Assembly: GCF_006345805.1 (NCBI RefSeq)
Contig: NC_042998.1
Coordinates: forward strand, 128,898,001-128,962,000
DNA: 64,000 bases
Reading direction: 5' to 3'
Source: Octopus sinensis
Taxonomy: Eukaryota
The position numbers and the translations under genes are program-made. Below are positions 12,667-24,597 of this stretch, in pieces. The stretch's first letter is position 1; every line of letters starts with the position of its first letter. Under the pieces are notes generated by a model that had not been told where the DNA came from, did not search any database, and saw only the letters and a list, made by a program, of their open reading frames with translations.

Positions 12667-12852
12667 ATTTCCAGCCACCGTGATTATGAAACTGGGTTTG
12701 ATACTTTGGCGTATGAAAAAGTTTCCCAGTATGACTTATCTGTGAATGGTTCTGTGGCAAAAGTGATAAATATTAGACTAAGCTGTGACTTGAGTAAGAC
12801 ACCCTGGTGTTTACAGAAGCAAGACCATAATTTAGCCAAACCTTATCTATGA
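12667..12852 (+). CDS. B4GALT7: Beta-1,4-galactosyltransferase 7, terminal coding exon
   Basis: Strong acceptor TTTTTTTGCTCTGTTTATGTTGCAG; in frame with the previous exon. ISSHRDYETGFDTLAYEKVSQYDLSVNGSVAKVINIRLSCDLSKTPWC..* matches the recalled B4GALT7 C-terminus ([36 protein letters not shown]). Confidence 0.92.
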   Translation: MSSHRDYETGFDTLAYEKVSQYDLSVNGSVAKVINIRLSCDLSKTPWCLQKQDHNLAKPYL

Positions 12853-13139
12853 AAATACATTATTGTTTATATGTGTATATTTTATATATATATATATATA
12901 TATTGTTTTAACATTGTTTAAAGTTTGAATGGTATAAATATGGCTTGTGGTATGAAAATATTTATGCTAATAGAAAGGAAGAAAAAAATGAAAAAAAAAA
13001 TGTAATCTATACTGTTTAAAGAAAAATCCCTTAAGCTTGTTACATCAATAATAACAGAACCAAATATATGGAAATCAAAACACACATTTATTCTGAGCTG
13101 CAAAACAAGTAGAAGAGTGAAATAGCTGCTGTAATAATA

Positions 13140-13448
13140 CAGTGGAACCCTAGTTTATGAATTTAATTCATTCCAGAAGGATTTTTTGTCACCTGAAATA
13201 TTTGTAAACTAGAACCATTTCCCCATTGGAAACTCAAGAGAAAGTATGGCAAAATTGAGCAAGGATGTACTCTGAGTGAAAGCTAGACAGCTACTGATGC
13301 TCCCTCACTGATACTCTCAGTTTCTTGCCCCCCTTTATTGTGTGTTTGTTGAGATGCTGCTTATCATTCAAGATGTTTTATGTTAGAAAAATTGTTCATA
13401 AACTGATTTGTTCATAATAGGAAGCATTTGTAAACTGACGTTCCACTG
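13140..13448. mobile_element. Tigger/pogo-derived MITE
   Basis: TA|CAGTGGAACCCTAGTTTATGAAT ... ATTTGTAAACTGACGTTCCACTG|TA: ~23-bp imperfect TIRs, TA TSD. Confidence 0.85.
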
Positions 13449-13499
13449 TACAATAATACACCTAAATTTACAAAAAAAAAAAGAAAAAAAAAAAGAGAA

Positions 13500-13561
13500 A
13501 TGGCGGTGCCCCAGCATGGCCACAGCTCATAAGCTGAAACTAGAATCAATCAATCAATCAA
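13500..13561 (+). mobile_element. Extreme 3' tip of a LINE/SINE with an (ATCA)n tail
   Basis: GGCGGTGCCCCAGCATGGCCACAG..GCTGAAAC resembles the 3' end of SINE family B. Confidence 0.55.
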
Positions 13562-14009
13562 ATACTACCCCTGCTTTTCCCTTGTTTTTGGTTCATTTAA
13601 ATATAATAATGATTATTTGAATAACACCAAAAGAAACAAGCAAATTTATTTTATAACCAAATACTGTAAGCCTTTTCACTCCCAGCTTTCAACTTGCAGC
13701 ATTTTAAGGGTAAGAAGAAGAATGAAAAATCATGAAAAAAAAAAAGAGTGTAGGGAAATGATTTAAAAATGCATAAGGAAAAATGAAGAGAAAAATCTTA
13801 TATCATAATTTTTTTTGTGTCTAGATAATCTTTACATTTTAGATGGAGGACAATCATCTTAAGCACTCAAACTAGCAACTGTTCAAAGTTTGTTTATTCT
13901 AGGTAACATAACCCTATAACAGTAGTGATGTCTTTTGTCTCTACTCAAAAATATTACACACACACACAAATCGTCATCATCATCATCATCAATTTATATC
14001 TGTTATATA

Positions 14010-14044
<35 letters not shown>

Positions 14045-14049
<5 letters not shown>

Positions 14050-15070
14050 GTTTGGTGATGCAAACAGGAAAATAGAACTCAAAATACAAGTATATGTATA
14101 TGTATTTTATTAACAGTTATCAGATGTTACAGAGTGACTCAAGTGCTCAGATTTTTGTGCATTGGCCAATGCATAAAACTCTTGAATCTTGAGTCACTCA
14201 TCACTCTGTAATGCCTGAGGGTTATTAACAAAAAAACGTCTGTGTGTGTATACATATACATAATGTGTGTACACATACAGATAGGTGTACAAACACAAAA
14301 AGCACTCGATGGGTGTCGTCTCAATACTCAGAATTAAGCGGCCAAATAACCAGATGTGTGCTTTATTCTTCATCTGAAACTTAAGTAATTCAATTGCGAG
14401 TGAAGCTCTGAATGCAAATATCACAATAAGAGGAGAATATTGTTTAAACAGTTTCTACACATTGCTTAATTATTCTCAGATAAACTCGTCTCCACCGAAT
14501 CTCATTGCATCCATGATGGTGTCTTTGTGTGCTGAATGAGTGTTAAATCCCCAGTGAAATGTGATGAAGGAAACTGATAAACAAAATGATTAAGTTGTGA
14601 GAAAACCTAACTTTTCTAATTTTAATGTAAAGTAAATTGGCTTAGTAGTGAAAGTACCAAGCCAGACTTTAAGTAATTGCAGTTCCCAAGGCACTGCCTT
14701 ACAGAATTAACATCACGCTTTTCGGATACTGTATGATTACATACTATATGCTCTTTTGATGTTATCTTAACCTTTAATACCATGTTTATTCTGTTCTTTT
14801 CATGAGCATCTATGAAGTTTGGAAGTGCTTTCCAGAAGTAATAGTAATGATTAACCCACCGGCTCGTTAGGATATCATTGAAGACTTTGTCTTCCTGTAG
14901 TGATTTAAAGTAGGATATATTCAAAGGAATGGTTTTCTTAACTTTTCCTTGTGTTATTGAAGTATTTGGACACAGCATTGCAATCTAATGAAGTTATGTA
15001 ATGTTGTTGGTTACAGAAAGCTCCTACTTGTACAGTAGAGGACATGTGGCTTCTTATGTCACCCATTTGC
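14045..15070 (-). mobile_element. Decayed Penelope-like element (thumb to GIY-YIG region plus terminal repeat)
   Basis: Faint PLE-like motifs (FIRLQ..; FKSLQED; GIY-YIG-like 3' end). Terminus 14045-14095 is homologous, in reverse complement, to ~4062-4108. Confidence 0.4.
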
Positions 15071-16459
15071 AGTCACGCAGACAGCTGTTGTCTTCTTTTC
15101 TCAAGGACACAAGCTGGTTACAGTGATGAGATGTGAGCCATGGACTCTTTGGCTTCTAGAGCAGCACTGTTATCACCACCACCACTGACCCCAAACTGCG
15201 AATTTTATTCTTTGATATTGGTAGTCTTCAGTTTCTTAAACTCACTGGGTCCAACTATTAATATTTGTAACTTCACTGCCACCACCATTACAGACAACAA
15301 CAATTACAACAACTACAGCACCTTAACATTATTAGGGTCAATAACTATTGATAACTTATGTTTTATAGCTATTGAAACTGACCATGATCACAATGGATGA
15401 AACCTCATATTTCAATTGTTGAAAATGTTTGTTATATTTTGTTTATTTTTGAACACCAAAATCTTTCTATATATATATACTTCAAAGTTAAACATTTTGA
15501 TGTAAATAGAATCCTTTATATTCTCAACTATAAGCCTCCCACCACCAGAAGAAAGCAAAATTGTTTTATATTTAAGTTTTTACAAAATCATTCATGTTAC
15601 CTTTTTTAGCATTCATTTTTGTTCATTAGGAAAATGCGGAGGTTATATTGAAGAATGTATGGTGCTTGGGTTAGGTTTGTACTGGGGATGGGACATCAAA
15701 TTTTAAGTTGGTTATTTGAGACAAAATATTATTTTATACGTGACTTCATCAAAAAGATTGCAAACACGCAGGGATTTTTTTAAAATCACTGACGAAACTA
15801 TGTTATTCTCATGTTGATAAGCTACTGTATATTAAATGTAAATATATACATAATACTATGTGCGTTAGTGTCTTGTCTTTTTTATGATACTTGTTAAAGA
15901 ATTCTTTATTCTTTCAGTTACGTATTTTATTTATAAAGTGTAAGACACTGTATTTGTATTTTAACTGAGGAGAAGGAATTTCATTAATTTATATTTCACT
16001 ATTCGTCAGTTGTGCCACATTTAAAACCAGTCAGAATTCTCTGTTGATTTTGAAGATGAATTCTTTTTTTTTTTTTTAAACATGGAGTGAGAAAAAAAAA
16101 ATCCACTTAATAAATGCAGGCGAATTTCTTTATTTGAAGCTGATAGAGCTTTATCATTTGTCACTACTCGGTTTCATATGATGTGCAGTCCTTTAGGCCC
16201 CAGGACAATGAATCATTTTGTCAGTTGAAGCAATGTACACAGCTAAATGTTTTGAGTAGCGATGGAGTGAACAATCAGCTTCAAATGAATATGTAATCAA
16301 CAACATGTCCAAGGTGGGTGGATGGGAGTAAAATACCTCGGGAAGCATTCTGTTTACTAAATACAAATATGCTATGGTCTCACACATGTAATATATAGTA
16401 CAATAATGCAGCTGAAATCCAGGAGATCTGTTCGATGAGATTATTTCATGAGGAGTATA

Positions 16460-16815
16460 TGAACAACAAAAAGTCAGGTTTAAGAAGTGAATATATTTAT
16501 TTAACCACTTGTCATTCCTAGGATTACAGCTGTTTCGCAGTTTTCTTCATGTAATAATAGTATCAGTGTAGAATAATGTTTACATGTCTGCATTAATATA
16601 CATGCCATGCATTATACAACTGTATTGTATAATGTGTCGTTTGCATATTAGTGCACACATGTGAACATAATTTATTACACACTGAAATCATTATTACATG
16701 AAGAAGGCTAAGGACGTCAAGTAACTAAATATATTCCCTTCTGATACCTCCTGCCTTTTTATGGTGGAACATGGATTGTTGAGAAGGTCTAATGTGACTG
16801 AAACATTTCTATTAA
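16460..16815. repeat. Long imperfect palindrome of Penelope-like terminal repeats, centre ~16622
   Basis: CTTCATGTAATAAT...CATTATACAA-CTGTA-TTGTATAATG...ATTATTACATGAAG; the outer arms are diverged homologues. Confidence 0.75.
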
Positions 16816-16836
16816 CACACACACACACACACACAT

Positions 16837-17128
16837 GGCACGTGGCCTAGTGGTTTCGGTGATGCACTCACGATCGCTAGATGTGGGTTCGATTCTCGTA
16901 CCGAGCTGACGTTGTGTTCTTGTCCGAAACACTTCACTTTACGTTGCTCTGTGATCGTGTTGATAACTGACGTGTGGTACACTTGCGCATCTGTATAGGC
17001 AATGTCGATTTGATGGAGGGAATGAGCTTAATGTATGGCACATACATTTGATCACTATAAGCAAATCATTTGTGCAGGTCGTTCAGGAAAAACTAAACAC
17101 GTACGTTGTCTTCGACGGGAGAGTCTAT
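16837..17128 (+). mobile_element. tRNA-derived SINE (family D head, different tail)
   Basis: A box TGGCCTAGTGG and B box GGTTCGATTCT, then TTGTGTTCTTG..AAACACTTCA..ACGTTGCTC shared with 41428-41676. Confidence 0.75.
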
Positions 17129-17129
17129 C

Positions 17130-17165
<36 letters not shown>

Positions 17166-17171
<6 letters not shown>

Positions 17172-17306
17172 ATAGAAATGTTTCAGTCACATTAGACCTT
17201 CTCAACAATGCATGCTCCACCATAAAAAGGCAGGAGGTATCAGAAGGGAATATGTTTAGTTACTTGACGTCTTTAGGGTTACGGCCGTTTCGCAGCCTTC
17301 TTCATG

Positions 17307-17310
<4 letters not shown>
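17166..17310 (-). repeat. Third copy of the Penelope-like terminus, inverted relative to 16692-16818
   Basis: ~130-bp reverse-complement match bracketing the SINE at 16837-17128. Confidence 0.8.
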
Positions 17311-17381
<71 letters not shown>

Positions 17382-17382
17382 A

Positions 17383-17572
17383 AATAAATGCGCCCTTTTA
17401 AAGCCAAGCCAGGCACTTGGGCCCGGTTTCCATGGCGTATGTGTTCCCCAGCTGGACGGGACGCCAGTCCATCGCAGCGTTGCTCATTTTTGCCAGTTGA
17501 GTGAACTGGAGCAACGTGAAATGAAGTGTTTTGCTCAAGAACACAACGCGTCACCCGGTCCAGGAATCGAAA
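17383..17572 (-). mobile_element. SINE family D, 5'-truncated
   Basis: Reverse complement of ~41485-41670 (AATAAATGCGCCCTTTTAAAGC...TCCAGGAATCGAAA). Confidence 0.85.
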
Positions 17573-18304
17573 TACACACACATTACATACGCACACACAC
17601 ATAACGACAGGCAAGGTGGTTGCGGCTTTCATATCATCATGAAGATTGTCAGTCAATCTTAATTTTACTAACTCTAGCTTTCATTCAAGAAATAAAAGCA
17701 AAACAAATTTGCTCAAACTTAGAATTAGTACCAAACATAGCTAGATGTCTTCTAGTGACGCACGTTGCTTTTGCGTCAGTTTTTTCGGGAAGCGTTGCAG
17801 AAAATTGCAATAAAGATTCATTCTGTAATCTTTACCAAAGAAATTCATTAGCCTGAAGTTAAATTATTTCTTTTGCAGTTTCTTTACTACGATTTATTAT
17901 CTCTGTCTTCGCTAAGGCGGAGGTATTGTTCTCAGTCGTGTTTGTTTGTCTGTCCGTGGACAAGATATCTCAAAAACCGTTGGATGGATTCGAATGAAAC
18001 TTTAGGGGATGTTTGACCTCGTGACTGCCACGAACTGATTAGATTTTGGGATCGATCCAGTACCGGGCAAAGATTCTGGATGATTTTTTATATTTTACTT
18101 TATGCGAAGTATTACGATCTTACGTTGAAGTCTCTGATTATCTCCCTTGAAAGCAAGCTCATGGTTTCCACGTAGGCTGTCGTGGTGTTGCTGTTTCCGA
18201 AGTTTTGTTTTTGTTTCTCTATTATTAATTTTATTCACGTTTCTCAAACTACATAAACAAACGGCAGCAAAACCGTTCAGAAATTAAATATCACTAACAT
18301 ATTG

Positions 18305-18713
18305 GGATCTCTTCGGTTTGACCGGCAGTTTTTTCTAGCGGTGTCATATGAAATTGTCACCTATAATTATGACTCTAGTATCGATCTATTGCATTTCCAT
18401 CTGTTTTAGGGTTAGGGTTAGGGGTGGGGGGAAGGGTATCTTTTTTTTCTTCAGAAATGTAAATAAACTGAATCTGTTTCTTAAACGAGGGACATATTCA
18501 TACGGCACAGAATGTTTTCACCTCAATAGACGTCATTGATTGGTTGAAATTGCAGAAATTGAAGAAAAAATATCTTACAAAACATAGAATTTTCTCAATA
18601 AAGCCAAGAGAAAAAGATGTTTTATAAACACATTCTACCAGTATACGAAGTTTAAAAGTGTTTAGTTACGTGGAAATTATTTTAAAAAACTGCCGGTCAA
18701 ACCGAAAAGATCC
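18305..18713. mobile_element. MITE with 30-bp TIRs and a 7-8-bp TSD; internal TTAGGG repeats
   Basis: GGATCTCTTCGGTTTGACCGGCAGTTTTTT / AAAAAACTGCCGGTCAAACCGAAAAGATCC (one mismatch); flanks ACATATTG / ACATATTC. Confidence 0.9.
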
Positions 18714-18859
18714 ACATATTCAGTAACAATAATAAATTTAATTTATTCTAGACAGTTTTTAGTTTTATCAGTTTTGAATATATCACTCCTGTTTAAAACC
18801 TCTTACCTACTTGACAATTGCATTTCTAGCTCTGCCTTGAAGGAAGCTTTACTTCTTGG

Positions 18860-19022
18860 ACTCACGTTTCTGTGCGCAACGATGTTGTTAACCTCCGTTA
18901 ACAGCACCGTGTGCAGGACCTTTCCGTTTTCTTTCACGCGTGGATAAATTTTTCACTACAGACCTCAATGGTAGTAAAGACACTATATCAGTGGATAGAC
19001 TAAAAAATGCCTTCATAGAGAA
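18860..19022 (+). mobile_element. Ty3/Gypsy integrase C-terminal (GPY/F) fragment
   Basis: THVSVRNDVV-(frameshift)-PPLTAPCAGPFRFLSRVDKFFTTDLNGSKDTISVDRLKNAFIE. Confidence 0.75.
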
Positions 19023-19313
19023 AAATGTCCCTGTTCCCACAGCAGACAACACACACACACAGTACCAGCACGGTAATTACAAACACGGCCGGCACACCTA
19101 CCTTCACATTCTATGACTATCGATGAGGTACCGAACAAGGATACTGGGTTATTTTCCCGGTGTTTTTAATTTTTGAGAGCGATCGGGTTCATCTTTAGTA
19201 TTTTCGCTTGTGAGAGAAGTCGAGTTTATTTCAGATTTTCTCATTTTAAAAATCATCTCCGTTGAGAGGACGTTGGTGTTGCCTTGTCGGATGTTTGCAC
19301 TCTCTGAGTGCTC

Positions 19314-19355
<42 letters not shown>

Positions 19356-20292
19356 GATTTTAGAAAACGTTAACACCGGTTTCTTTTCTTTGACGTCATT
19401 AATTCTAGTGCTCAGTTCTTTTTCTTTTCTTTTTAAAGTCCTTTAACTGATCAGCGCAAAGCTCTCGCTTGATTGGGAAATGGAAAAGTGCTACAAGTCT
19501 TGAGTTTATTTTTTCTGAACTTGAACTTTGGTTCCAAATGATTTTACAACACTATACAATTCATGTTTGTAAAGACATGAACATGACATACATAGGGGAG
19601 ACATCTAGGAGCACTGCGGAAGGACAAAATGTGCATTTGAGATAATATGACGACAAAAAGAAAAAAAAAAAAAACAAACAAACAGTCCTCCATACTCTAC
19701 CATCATGCCAAGGATTAACATGGAGGCAACCTGGGTCAATTTGGCATCCGCACTTTATCCAAGCACCCAAATGACCCAACCCTCAGACAAATACAGGAGT
19801 ACGACCTCATAAATGAAACATCCCCAGTACTAAATAGGAAATATACGTAGTAGGTAATCATACCCCCAAACCCACACTTTATATATGGTAGAATAGTTAG
19901 TGGGCTGTTATGTAGATGTGTTCTGTGTGTATATATGCATATGTATGTAGGCAAATGGATATGAAAGTAAACAGATAGACATACAGACGGATAGGTACAT
20001 AGCTAATATGAACAGACAAGCACACATATAGACATGCACAAATGAAGACTGAAATACATGTCCATAGACACACACTTCACTTCACACAAGGACACATATG
20101 GAGACACACACGGAGATACACATCTATACATACAGACACAGTACATAGTCACAAAGACCCATACACACACACAAGGAGAAAGAGGTACACACATACATAT
20201 AAAAACGCGTAAATACATGAATATGCAGAATACATACATACAAACGTACACGTACATACATGCATACACACATATATACATATATGTGTATG

Positions 20293-20513
20293 AAGGTGGC
20301 GAGCTGGCAGAACCGTTAGCACGCCGGGCGAAATGCGTAGCCGTATTTCGTCTGCCGTTACGTTCTGAGTTCAAATTCCGCCGAGGTCGACTTTGCCTTT
20401 CATCCTTTCGGGGTCGATAAATTAAGTACCAGTTACGCACTGGGGTCGACTTAATCCGTTTGTCTGTTCTTGTTTGTCCCCTCTGTGTTTAGCCCCTTGT
20501 GGGTAATAAAGAA
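20293..20513 (+). mobile_element. SINE family A, young full-length copy
   Basis: GGCGAGCTGGCAGAACCGTTAGCACGCCGGGCGAAATG..GAGTTCAAATTCC (B box); 23-bp TSD ACATATATACATATATGTGTATG at 20270-20292 and 20514-20536. Confidence 0.92.
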
Positions 20514-20749
20514 ACATATATACATATATGTGTATGCGCACATACACTGATCCACACACATGCGCACAAACGAACAAAAAGAACGCAGCTTGAATAACGG
20601 ACAGTCAACAGCTATTGAAAAGGTTGCAAGACGCAACGTAGATTTTAGAAAAGTAAATAAGTAAATATACGGAAATTTTACCGGTGAGTATGTTAAATTA
20701 TAAGGCACTAAAAAAGAATGACTCTCTTTAGACACAACAGGTTATGCTT

Positions 20750-21850
20750 CAACACACGAACTCACATGAATCTTGCAAACCAAATCCAAAAATGAAATAC
20801 TATTCATGAGTTAATTGATTTTCCAATTGTAATTTTAAATTAAAATAATTTAAACGGCTAGTAACACCCTCGAGAAATGCAAAACGATCCTTATTTTCTC
20901 TTTGAGCCTATAACCATCATGAAACGTTTACTAAACCAACGACTTCTCAATAACATACCAGACATCCGAGCACACGTTTCATTTCTTCTTGAAATATTTT
21001 GAATAGGCGATGGCTGAATGTTCGAGATTTCAAAGAAATCGATGGTTGAAGCAAATACACGCGTCACATTTTAATTCAGAAAGAAATCTTGATTTAGATT
21101 TAAACATTGCAGTGATCCTGTCTGTTAATATACTCGTAAGCTTTTCAAGAGAAAGACTAAACTTCATTACTTCTTTACTTTTTCATGGATATTTGTTTCC
21201 TGTAAGGTATCTTTCAAAGTTGGAATGGGAAGCTCCTTTTTTTTTTCAGTAACGTTAAAGGCTCTATAACAAAAATTACAAGCTGGTGCGTCAATACTTT
21301 CGTCGAGAGGCAGTGAAATTGAACTAAATTCCAATGATTTTTCCGCCAGCCTTTATTATAGTGACAATTTCTTCAACTTGTCTTATTATTGTTCTGTGAG
21401 AGAAGCTAATTTTTTTCCAAATGTTTTTACTTTTTCCGTGCACAAAGCTTCAGCAACTGCATGAAAGCGTTCTTTCACAAATTCTTCGCTAGAATAATTT
21501 TTAGAATGTTTAGTAACGGTTTCGCTAACAACATAGCTTTTAGCTTGCGTGCACAATTTCTTCGGAATCTTTGTGCCTTTTATCAAAGAGCGAATTCAGG
21601 CTTCCGATCTGTTTCAGAAGTGTTTCAATTTTAAGCTTTCTAATATTTCCTTTAAATTTATCATACTCAGAAAGTTTTGTCGTGTAATGACGCTTAACGT
21701 TACATTGCTCAAATCGAAGAGATTCGGAACATATTAAGCACAATGGTCTGTTTTTCTTTTCAATAAAGAAATAATCATTTATTAACTTATTTTGGAATTT
21801 TTTCATTTCTTCTCTATTTCTTTCTTTTTTTTTTTTAGATCAAACCACCA
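20750..21850 (-). mobile_element. Decayed hAT (Buster/SPIN/Charlie, GTF2IRD2-like) transposase
   Basis: DYFFIEKKNRPLCLICSE..NVKRHYTTK (BED-like finger), SYVVSETVTKHSKNYSSEEFVKE, and ISLPLDESID (cf. SLALDESTD, first catalytic D); frameshifted. Confidence 0.8.
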
Positions 21851-22370
21851 GGATGTTTCATTTATAATTGAAATATAAAATTGCAGTACTTAACACACTT
21901 TGTAACGTGCCCCAATACTATCTTTTCCAGATTACGGATTATTGTATATTAATACTGCACAAAAATTTGAGGCAAACACTTATGTAGCCCTTTTTGGGGG
22001 AATCCTCTAGCTTTAACCAAACTTAGATCGAAAGAAGACGTTAATAAATCAAAAAGATAAAGAAATTTAATTGTTCAATAAAACAAGAATAGGACCCAAA
22101 GATAGTCATAAATTTTAAATTAAAGTGTGTCTATTTACGTCGTTATACTAACCATACAAAATGTCATAAAGGGGTCAGATGTGGACAGAATACTACAGAA
22201 TATTCATGCCAAGTTTACTCGAACGGATGAAAATTGACGCGTCACTTGGATTCTCCACGCATATTTAACATCATTACGGTTGATTATGATTCTCGTATCA
22301 TGTAGATCTTGTATACATGTAGGAAGAATAGCCTAGAAGATCAACAGACAAAAGTTACTCAGGCGTGTAA

Positions 22371-22419
<49 letters not shown>

Positions 22420-22423
<4 letters not shown>

Positions 22424-22558
22424 CCGACAACTGATGAAGGGTCGTTATTTATGTTACTTGTCCTGTTTTCCAATTGTTCCTCTCGTTGTTTGCGCATTGA
22501 ACTCATTTGTTTTCGTGTTTCATGTTGTTTATTGTTGGTGACGTCCTGTACTCATATA
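22420..22558 (+). repeat. Penelope-like terminal repeat, direct copy of 23362-23500
   Basis: GAGAGCCGACAACTGATGAAGGGTCGTTATTTATGTTACTTGTCCTG... also at 23362 and ~62150. Confidence 0.7.
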
Positions 22559-22559
22559 T

Positions 22560-22636
22560 CCATATGTATGTATGTGTATATGTATATGTATATATATATA
22601 TATTTATATATACATGTACATATATATATATGTATA

Positions 22637-22675
<39 letters not shown>

Positions 22676-22676
22676 T

Positions 22677-22711
<35 letters not shown>

Positions 22712-22843
22712 ATACATACATACACACACACACATATATATATATATACATATATATGCATATGCATATATATATGTATATATGCATATATATATATTAT
22801 GTATATATGCATATATGCAAATAAATGTACATATATATGTATA

Positions 22844-22880
<37 letters not shown>
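22560..22880. repeat. Compound (AT)n/(TATG)n/(CA)n microsatellite
   Basis: Read directly; source of the YIYI ORFs. Confidence 0.95.
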
Positions 22881-22882
<2 letters not shown>

Positions 22883-22899
22883 CATTATTTAATTGAACA

Positions 22900-23500
22900 C
22901 CACACATCCATTTGCAAGTAAATTTACCTTAATCTTTTTGATGCGACTCTACTCTATACTGTTTTTCTCCTCCATCGTTTTCTCTCTCATGCTTTCTCTA
23001 ATTCCTTTTTCTCCCCTTAACCGTTTTCTATCTGTCTCTCTCTCCCTCTTTCTCCTGTTCTCTCTCTTGTTGCTCACACGTGACCATCGTCCATCTTTCG
23101 TTTCCTCACGTGATCATCTTTCTTTTCTTTCCAATACTATCCTAAGGACTGGATGTATCCTATCTCTGTCTCCTATCTTTTCTCATGTCAAAGAAAATAT
23201 TTCTCCTGCGTTCGCTTTTTTACCCTCGTTCTGGTCTAACGACTCTCTATGTTTGTTTTCTTTCGATTTCCTTGTATGTCTCTATAAATCCCAAATTTTA
23301 TTTTGGCACTTATGTGAATAACTATTTTCGAAGACTTATATTGTCGTTCAATCCTCGAAATGAGAGCCGACAACTGATGAAGGGTCGTTATTTATGTTAC
23401 TTGTCCTGTTTTCCATTTGTTTCTCTCGTTGTTCGCATATTGAACTCATTTGTTTTCGTGTTTCATGTTGTTTACTGTTGGTGACGTTCTGTACCCATAT
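22900..23500 (+). mobile_element. Penelope-like element 3' region / pseudo-LTR
   Basis: Homologous to 61960-62284 (CCCTCGTT.TGGTCTAACGAC..CCCAAATTTTATTTTG.CACTTATG..ATTGTCGTTCAAT.CTCGAAATGAG); terminal repeat duplicated at 22420. Confidence 0.6.
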
Positions 23501-23525
23501 ATGCATATGTATATATATATATTAG

Positions 23526-23557
<32 letters not shown>

Positions 23558-23579
23558 ATACATATATTCATACATACAT

Positions 23580-23644
<65 letters not shown>

Positions 23645-23789
23645 TACAATACACACACACATATATATTACACATTGTGGATATATATATTATGCATATA
23701 TATATATTATATATGTGCATATATATTATTTATATATATGCACATATATCATTTTTCCTTGTAAATTTGGATTTTATTCCCTCAAATAA

Positions 23790-23840
<51 letters not shown>

Positions 23841-24207
23841 CGTTGGGTTTTAAATTTAACAGTTTGCATAAAAGGAAAAGAAACAACATATCCCATCCAA
23901 AAATGAAAATATTTTAAAATATCGAAAAATATCAACTTGGTTATGCTTGGAAGATAACAGTTTGCTCAAAGTAGCCACCCTCAGCATAACCAAGTTTGTA
24001 GAACTAACCAGTCATTTAAACCTATCACACTTGAAACTGTGAATAAATATACATTTAACAACTGATTATTAGAAATATAGAAATAAAAAGTTAGTTAACT
24101 AAACTCTTAGGTAGGTTAATTAAATTCAACAGATGGACTGGATCATTGGCGGAAATTAGTAGAAAAATTGCTATATATTTCATAAATGCATAATATCCTG
24201 TAAAAAT

Positions 24208-24597
24208 GGTTTCAAATATTGGCACAAAGCCAGAAATTTCGGAGTAGAGGCTCAGGCGATAACATTAACTCCAGTGTTCAACTGATACTTATTTTAAAGA
24301 TCTCGAAAGGATGGAAGGCAAAGTCAACCTCGGCGGATTTTGAATTCAGAGCGTAAAATGTGCGAAATACCGCTAAGCAATTTGTCCGGCGTACTAACGA
24401 TTCTACCTGGTTCAAAGAGAGGTTTTTAGACGATTACACCAACCCCAGCGCTCAGCTGGTGCTTATTTTATTGAGCCCGAAAAGGCGAAAGGAGAAAAAA
24501 AGTCGAGCTCGGTAGAATTTGAACTCAAAACGTAAATAGAGCAGGAATGCTGGCAAGTATTTAATACCGGCGAGCTTAACGACTGCGCCAGCTCGTC
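24208..24597 (-). mobile_element. Two head-to-tail SINE family A copies
   Basis: Cores at ~24305-24350 and ~24480-24530. Confidence 0.8.

Larger units (their letters stand above)
17895..19313 (+). mobile_element. Helentron/DINE-like (or Crypton-like) non-autonomous element with internal insertions
   Basis: 5' TATTATCTCTGTCTTCGCTAAGGCGGAGGTA + (GTTT/GTCT)n; 3' ..GCACTCTCTGAGTGC hairpin; both ends match 6192-6745. Confidence 0.6.

Noticed and set aside
22431-22470. CTGATGA hammerhead start in the repeat at 22431 and 23374 (CTAATGA at 62160)
   Set aside because: No GAAA, stem II or stem III follows, so it is not a complete ribozyme.
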